From Nostoc punctiforme PCC 73102 (lineage in GTDB: Bacteria; Cyanobacteriota; Cyanobacteriia; Cyanobacteriales; Nostocaceae), in NCBI RefSeq assembly GCF_000020025.1, contig NC_010628.1:120001-152000 (forward strand): a stretch of DNA of 32,000 bases, given 5' to 3'. Shown in pieces: positions 26,984 to 32,000 of the stretch (position 1 is the first letter of the stretch; the number at the start of each line of letters is the position of its first letter). Under the pieces are notes generated by a model that saw nothing but the letters and a program-made list of their open reading frames with translations, did not search any database and was not told where the DNA came from. Made by a program: the position numbers and the translations under genes.

Positions 26984-27661
26984 ATGCGTATGCTAAATTC
27001 AGTTTTATTTGCATTATCTTCTGTGGACAAAAACCGCGAACCGTTCATTAGTCTGGCGCTTTACCACGCCTTTAAATGGTCAGTCGTTAGCCCCATACTT
27101 CACACTTACTTTCGGGGCCAGATTTATGGTGCGGAAAATGTCCCCCAATCAGGGCCGCTACTAGTAGTAAGTAATCACGCTAGTTACTTTGACCCGCCGA
27201 TTGTCTCTAATTGTGTGCGTCGTCCAGTGGCGTACATGGCTAAGGAAGAGTTATTTAATATCCCAGTTTTGGCGCAAGCGATTAAATTGTATGGTGCTTA
27301 CCCGGTGAGTCGAGGAAGTGCCGATCGCAATGCCATCCGTTCTGCTTTAGATTATCTCAATAAAGGTTGGGCTGTCGGTGTTTTCTTGGAAGGTACTCGC
27401 ACCCCAGATGGTCGAATTACAGACCCCAAAAGAGGCGCACTGCTGCTAGCGGCGAAAGCAAAAGCCCCAATATTACCAGTAAGTGTCTGTGGTACTGAGA
27501 AGATTTTGCAAAAAGGCTCGTCCCTACCTCACGCAGTTCCCATCACTGTGAGAATTGGTAACTTGATTGATGCTCCCACTTCCACTAATAAAGAGGAATT
27601 GGAGGCGTTGACACAAAAGTGTGCCACGGTAATTAACAAAATGCATGATTTAGGACGATAA
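26984..27661 (+). CDS. plsC: 1-acyl-sn-glycerol-3-phosphate acyltransferase
   Basis: HX4D motif VVSNHASYFDP, then FLEGTRT and ILPVSV. It sits in the lipid cluster after plsX-fabH-fabD. Confidence 0.85.
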   Translation: MRMLNSVLFALSSVDKNREPFISLALYHAFKWSVVSPILHTYFRGQIYGAENVPQSGPLLVVSNHASYFDPPIVSNCVRRPVAYMAKEELFNIPVLAQAIKLYGAYPVSRGSADRNAIRSALDYLNKGWAVGVFLEGTRTPDGRITDPKRGALLLAAKAKAPILPVSVCGTEKILQKGSSLPHAVPITVRIGNLIDAPTSTNKEELEALTQKCATVINKMHDLGR

Positions 27662-27694
27662 GCTATACAAGCTTAGATAACGCAGTTTCCAAAT

Positions 27695-27892
27695 GAAGAA
27701 AGGGAAAGGGGAAAGGGAACCAGTAACTTAAAAGCAGGGGTTTCAAATATGGACACTGATTTTTATCGTACTGCGTGTCTTAAAAATCTTCTTTTTTATT
27801 CGACCTATTTAAAAATAGGGGCTTTATACCTTGTGGGAAAAAGTTCTTTATCCTTTCCTTTCCCCCTTACCCTTTCCCCTTTTCCCCTTTTT
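27695..27892. repeat. Purine-rich and pyrimidine-rich inverted arms enclosing about 150 nt
   Basis: AAAGGGGAAAGGG (27705-27717) is perfectly complementary to CCCTTTCCCCTTT (27870-27882). The flanks extend as GAAAGGG-type and CCTTTCC-type repeats. It lies directly downstream of plsC. Confidence 0.7.
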
Positions 27893-28140
27893 GGTAAATA
27901 AGGTATAAAATGCGGGACTAAAAATCATAATATAAAGAGTTTCTGCCCCCTGCCTTCAAACCAGTAGCTTTGTACTTCATACGAAAGAAAACTGCTGTAT
28001 ATGCTTTAGGGAGGTAGCGATCGCCTCTTAACTTCTGTATGTTTAAGGTCAACCCGCTCTAGCAATGAAGTCAGGCTTTGTGCTTAAATGCAACTGCTAG
28101 GCAAATATACCATCAATTTCACCCTAAACTAAACAGCATT

Positions 28141-29178
28141 ATGAGCGGCTTTGAAGCCAAAAATTTTTGGGAGCGATTAAATAATCTGGCATTAGTCCGT
28201 TTTTTGCTTTTAGTTGCTTCTGGCTGGGCAATTGTACAGCTTTTAGCTTACTTTGAAGCAGTCATTGTTATTTTTACATTTGCGGCAATTTTAGCTTTTT
28301 TACTCAGCTATCCTGTATATGGGCTGCGGCGTTTTTTACCCCACGGTGTAGCGGTTGGTGTCGTATTCTTGCTCAGTATTGTAATTATAGGCGGTCTGAT
28401 AATTACCGTGGGCTTAACGGTTTTATCTCAAGGGCAACAATTAATTGATAGTATCACTGCATTTTTAAATTCTTTAGTACCTTTATTAGAAGGACTAGAA
28501 GGATTTTTACGAACTCGTAATTTACAAATAGATTTAAGTTTTATTGAAGAACAATTGCGGAATCAAGCTGTCTCAACTCTTGTGACTAGTTTGGCAATTT
28601 TGCAAGGCTTTATGACGAATTTTGTGACTTTTATATTAATTGCTGTTGTGGCTTTCTTCATGCTATTAGATGGAGACAAGTTATGGAATTTTATTTTAAA
28701 AATAGTCCCAAAACAGCGCCGCAATAGATTTACAAATATAATCAGACGGTCTTTTTTAGGATTTTTTAGAGGTCAGCTATTATTAAGTGGATTTCTCACA
28801 AGTTCAACCTTTCTAGTTTTCTTAGTATTAAAAGTACCTTTTGCTTTGATATTGTCAATCATAATCGGAATCGTTGATATTATTCCTGGCATAGGTGCAA
28901 CATTAGGAGTAAGCACAGTTACTCTATTTGTCTTATCTCAAGGTGTTTGGTTAGCATTGAAAGTATTGATAGCCTGTATTATCCTCCAGCAGATACAAGA
29001 CAATTTGATTGCGCCTCGAATTATGCAAGGTGCGCTGAATCTTAATCCTGTAGTGATATTTTTTGCTTTGCTAGTAGGCGCTAGAGTAGCAGGATTATTA
29101 GGTGTTTTTATATCTATTCCAATCGCGGGAGTAATTGTATCTTTATTTGAAATTGATGAAATGAAATCAGAAGTTTAG
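28141..29178 (+). CDS. AI-2E family transporter (PerM/UPF0118-like permease)
   Basis: Multi-TM protein. The conserved C-terminal block is IPGIGATLG...LIACIILQQIQDNLIAPRIMQ...LNPVVIFFALLVGARVAGLLGVFISIP. The ORF track starts at TTG 28078, and the first ATG at 28141 (MSGFEAKNFWE) is more likely. Confidence 0.85.
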   Translation: MSGFEAKNFWERLNNLALVRFLLLVASGWAIVQLLAYFEAVIVIFTFAAILAFLLSYPVYGLRRFLPHGVAVGVVFLLSIVIIGGLIITVGLTVLSQGQQLIDSITAFLNSLVPLLEGLEGFLRTRNLQIDLSFIEEQLRNQAVSTLVTSLAILQGFMTNFVTFILIAVVAFFMLLDGDKLWNFILKIVPKQRRNRFTNIIRRSFLGFFRGQLLLSGFLTSSTFLVFLVLKVPFALILSIIIGIVDIIPGIGATLGVSTVTLFVLSQGVWLALKVLIACIILQQIQDNLIAPRIMQGALNLNPVVIFFALLVGARVAGLLGVFISIPIAGVIVSLFEIDEMKSEV

Positions 29179-29240
29179 AGACGCGATAAATCGCGTCTGT
29201 ACAAAAGGTGGAGTAGAGATGCGATTCATCGCGTCTGTAG
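29177..29240. repeat. Two tandem copies of a Nostoc-type hairpin repeat (TAGAGAYGCGAT..ATCGCGTCTGTA)
   Basis: AGACGCGAT/ATCGCGTCT (29179-29198) and AGATGCGAT/ATCGCGTCT (29217-29236). The first begins at the stop codon of the transporter gene. Confidence 0.8.
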
Positions 29241-29282
29241 TAATTAATGTAAAATAGTTTGTTAGCCAAGACAAATTGAAGA

Positions 29283-29582
29283 ATGATGTCGGATTTAAAA
29301 GCGGAATTAACAGAAATTTTGGATGAGGCAGAGTGGGAGTGGCTAATTCCTCATGTACAACGAGATGCAGTAATTTTGGTAGCACCGGAGTTAAACTTGG
29401 TGGATGTTGGAGTAGCGATCGCCAGTGATAACATTCCATCAGTAGAACAGTGGATTGATGAGCAATTAATTACCAAACCCACAACAGTACAGGTGGGAGA
29501 ATGGAATCTTGAACGCAGTAAGCGATTTAATACTCTCATCGTTCAACCTTACGTTTTAGTGAAGGAAATAGTCGCTACCTAA
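29283..29582 (+). CDS. DUF2288-family protein
   Basis: A 99-aa ORF. AEWEWLIPHVQRDAVILVAPELNLVDVGVAIA...FNTLIVQPYVLV matches my memory of the conserved cyanobacterial DUF2288 proteins. Confidence 0.65.
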   Translation: MMSDLKAELTEILDEAEWEWLIPHVQRDAVILVAPELNLVDVGVAIASDNIPSVEQWIDEQLITKPTTVQVGEWNLERSKRFNTLIVQPYVLVKEIVAT

Positions 29583-29781
29583 ATTAGTTTTTGTATTATT
29601 TTTGATGATAGCTAAGTGTTGGAGTAGTTTCTCAGCAAAGATAGCTTGAGGTGCTATTTATTACTTAGTGATTACCACACCACTAACTGGCTGATTTAAC
29701 TAAAGGGAAATTTTCTCCTTTAAGATTTAGCCATCTAGGAGCTAGAATTGTTACGATAATTTCAGATTAGATGTTGAAACC

Positions 29782-32000
29782 TTGATCCAATCTGAAACCT
29801 TAGAACTATTAGAATGGCATCGCCTCTGCCAGCACCTTGCCACCTTCGCGGCAACTAAGCTAGGGGCGACAGCTGCGCGTAATCTGAAAATACCCGATTC
29901 TCAGACCCAAAGCGAACAGTTGTTAGAGCAAACCAAAGAAGTCTACCAACTGGAAAGTCGCCTCACCACGGGACTATCATTTGAGGGAATTCAAGATATT
30001 GGCGATTCCTTAGAACGGGCAGAACGCAGTGGAGTTTTGGCAGGAGATGAACTGTTAGCGATCGCCACCACCCTCGCTGGTGCTAGAAGTTTGCGCCGTG
30101 TCATCGACAATCAGGAAGATTTGCCGATACTGACTGAGTTAGTTGCCGATTTACGGACTTATCCAGAACTAGAACAAGAAATTCACCGATGTATTGATGA
30201 ACGGGCCCAGGTAACTGACCGCGCGAGTCAAAAACTGGGAGAAATTCGCACAGATTTGCGGCGATTACGCAGCCAAATTACCCAAAAGCTCCAAAATATC
30301 TTACAGGCGAAATCTGGGGCAGTTCAAGAACAACTAATTACCCAACGGAGCGATCGCTTTGTCATCCCCGTAAAAGCGCCCCAAAAAGATGCCATCCCCG
30401 GTATTGTTCACGATACTTCTACAAGTGGTGCAACTCTGTACGTAGAACCAAATTCCGTAGTGCCTCTAGGCAACCAACTGCGGCAAATCATTAGAAAAGA
30501 GCAAGCCGAAGAAGAAGCGATTCGCCGTATTTTGACGGAACAAGTAGCCGCAGTCAAACCAGATTTAGAGAGGTTGTTAGCGATCGCCACAACTTTAGAT
30601 TTGGCAACCGCTAGATCGCGTTATAGTTACTGGCTAGGAGCAAATCCCCCGCGATTTATCCAGCGTCAAGACAGTGAAACCATTACCTTACGAAACTTAC
30701 GGCATCCTTTATTAGTGTGGCAACAACAGCATGAACAAGGGCAACCAGTCGTTCCTGTAGATTTGCTGATCAACCCGCTAATTCGGGTAGTGACCATTAC
30801 CGGGCCAAATACTGGCGGTAAAACTGTAACCTTAAAAACCTTGGGGTTAGCAGCATTGATGGCCAAAGTGGGTTTATTTGTCCCCGCCCGCGAACCAGTG
30901 GAAATTCCTTGGTTTGACAAAGTGCTAGCAGATATTGGCGATGAACAATCCTTACAGCAAAGTTTATCCACATTCTCTGGTCACATCCGCCGAATTAGTC
31001 GAATTTTAGAAGCATTGGGAAATGGGGAATCGGGAAGCGAGGATGGGGAAAAGGAAATGCCCAATCCCCAATCACTCGTTTTACTTGATGAAGTCGGCGC
31101 AGGAACCGATCCAGTTGAAGGTAGCGCCTTAGCGATCGCCTTGTTACAATATCTCGCCAACCATGCCCAGCTAACGATCGCCACCACTCACTTTGGTGAA
31201 CTAAAAGCCCTGAAATACGAAGATGAGCGGTTTGAAAACGCCTCTGTTGAATTTGACGAAAGTACTCTCTCGCCTACTTACCGTTTGCTGTGGGGCATCC
31301 CTGGACGTTCTAATGCCTTAACTATTGCTTTGCGCTTGGGATTAAAGCCAGAAGTGGTACAACAGGCGAAAACTCAAGTGGGAGAGGCTACAGATGAAGT
31401 TAACCAGGTGATTGCAGGCTTAGAAGCCCAACGCCGCCGCCAGGAAACCAAAGCAGCCGAAGCCCAAAGTTTGTTGCAGCAAGCAGAACGTTTATACAAA
31501 GAGGTATCCGCAAAAGCCGCAAGTTTGGAGGAAAGGGAAAGTAGTTTGCGGGCTTCACAGGAAATAGCAGTCCAGCAAGCGATCGTCCAAGCAAAAGGTG
31601 AAATTGCCCAAGTGATTCGCCGTTTGCAAAAAGGTACGCCCACAGCCCAAGAAGCCCAGCAAGCCACCAATGCTTTGAATCAAATTGGCCAGCTTTATCA
31701 GCCAGCAACGCCAGCAAAACCAAAAGCTGGGTTTATGCCCAAAGTAGGCGATCGCGTCCGCATTCCCAAACTCGGACAAATAGCGGATGTGATCGCCGCC
31801 CCCGATGAAGATGGCGAGTTAAGCGTTCGGTTTGGGCTAATGAAGATGACTGTGAAGTTGCAAGACGTAGAATCTTTAGATGGTCAAAAACCCGAACCAA
31901 TCGTCAAAGCCAAACCAGCCCCAGCAGCAGTAACCCCACCAGCACAAAGTGTCCCAGAAATTCGCACTTCCAAAAATACTATCGATTTGCGTGGTAAACG
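29782..32000 (+). CDS. mutS2: Endonuclease MutS2 (3'-truncated by the window edge)
   Basis: It is absent from the ORF track because no stop is reached. The frame stays open from the putative TTG start at 29782 to 32000. It reads IQSETLELLEWHRLCQHLATFAATKLG, Walker A ITGPNTGGKTVTLK (about 30790-30830), Walker B LVLLDEVGAGTDP, and THFGELK. The last codons, KNTIDLRGK, begin the Smr domain. The minus-strand ORFs at 30408-31779 are shadows. Confidence 0.9.
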   Translation, partial: MIQSETLELLEWHRLCQHLATFAATKLGATAARNLKIPDSQTQSEQLLEQTKEVYQLESRLTTGLSFEGIQDIGDSLERAERSGVLAGDELLAIATTLAGARSLRRVIDNQEDLPILTELVADLRTYPELEQEIHRCIDERAQVTDRASQKLGEIRTDLRRLRSQITQKLQNILQAKSGAVQEQLITQRSDRFVIPVKAPQKDAIPGIVHDTSTSGATLYVEPNSVVPLGNQLRQIIRKEQAEEEAIRRILTEQVAAVKPDLERLLAIATTLDLATARSRYSYWLGANPPRFIQRQDSETITLRNLRHPLLVWQQQHEQGQPVVPVDLLINPLIRVVTITGPNTGGKTVTLKTLGLAALMAKVGLFVPAREPVEIPWFDKVLADIGDEQSLQQSLSTFSGHIRRISRILEALGNGESGSEDGEKEMPNPQSLVLLDEVGAGTDPVEGSALAIALLQYLANHAQLTIATTHFGELKALKYEDERFENASVEFDESTLSPTYRLLWGIPGRSNALTIALRLGLKPEVVQQAKTQVGEATDEVNQVIAGLEAQRRRQETKAAEAQSLLQQAERLYKEVSAKAASLEERESSLRASQEIAVQQAIVQAKGEIAQVIRRLQKGTPTAQEAQQATNALNQIGQLYQPATPAKPKAGFMPKVGDRVRIPKLGQIADVIAAPDEDGELSVRFGLMKMTVKLQDVESLDGQKPEPIVKAKPAPAAVTPPAQSVPEIRTSKNTIDLRGK
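31021..31076. repeat. STRR-like heptamer tract inside the mutS2 coding sequence
   Basis: AATGGGG AATCGGG AAGCGAG GATGGGG AAAAGGA AATGCCC AATCCCC AATCACT, translated as GNGESGSEDGEKEMPNPQS immediately before Walker B. Confidence 0.7.

Noticed and set aside
1-32000. A systematic look for defence, toxin-antitoxin, retron, DGR, secondary-metabolite or secretion gene clusters.
   Set aside because: No reverse transcriptase, nuclease-ATPase pair, small TA pair, NRPS/PKS or cas-like gene is present. Every ORF over 200 aa has an ordinary assignment, except the 388-aa hypothetical at 19694-20860.

Overview
This window looks like a chromosomal core region of a filamentous, Nostoc/Anabaena-type cyanobacterium. 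I counted at least 30 copies of the HIP1 octamer GCGATCGC by eye. Heptamer STRR arrays fill many intergenic spacers, and Nostoc-style small hairpin repeats are present. About 26 protein genes are supportable, almost all housekeeping: nusB, ftsY, metG, pepA, the lipid cluster plsX-fabH-fabD-plsC, menH, a 3'-truncated mutS2, a GAF-PP2C phosphatase, a 13-repeat ankyrin protein, a CsoR/InrS-type metal repressor, a LabA/NYN gene coupled to an LptC/OstA-like lipoprotein, an AI-2E transporter, a lambda-R-like GH104 muramidase and several DUF proteins. I see no tRNA or rRNA gene, CRISPR array, intact IS element, prophage or recognisable multi-gene defence island. I cannot honestly point to a novel protein-coding system here. 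The unexplained signal is non-coding. It includes a 1.43 kb ORF-poor spacer with a roughly 360 nt GC-rich, ORF-free island (candidate structured RNA or gene relic) and a 42-bp tandem array of about five identical hairpin units upstream of pepA. It also includes a 134-bp MITE with perfect 10-bp target-site duplication, an orphan plus-strand terminator cluster, an in-frame STRR insertion in the mutS2 ATPase core, and a motif shared upstream of the metal repressor and menH.
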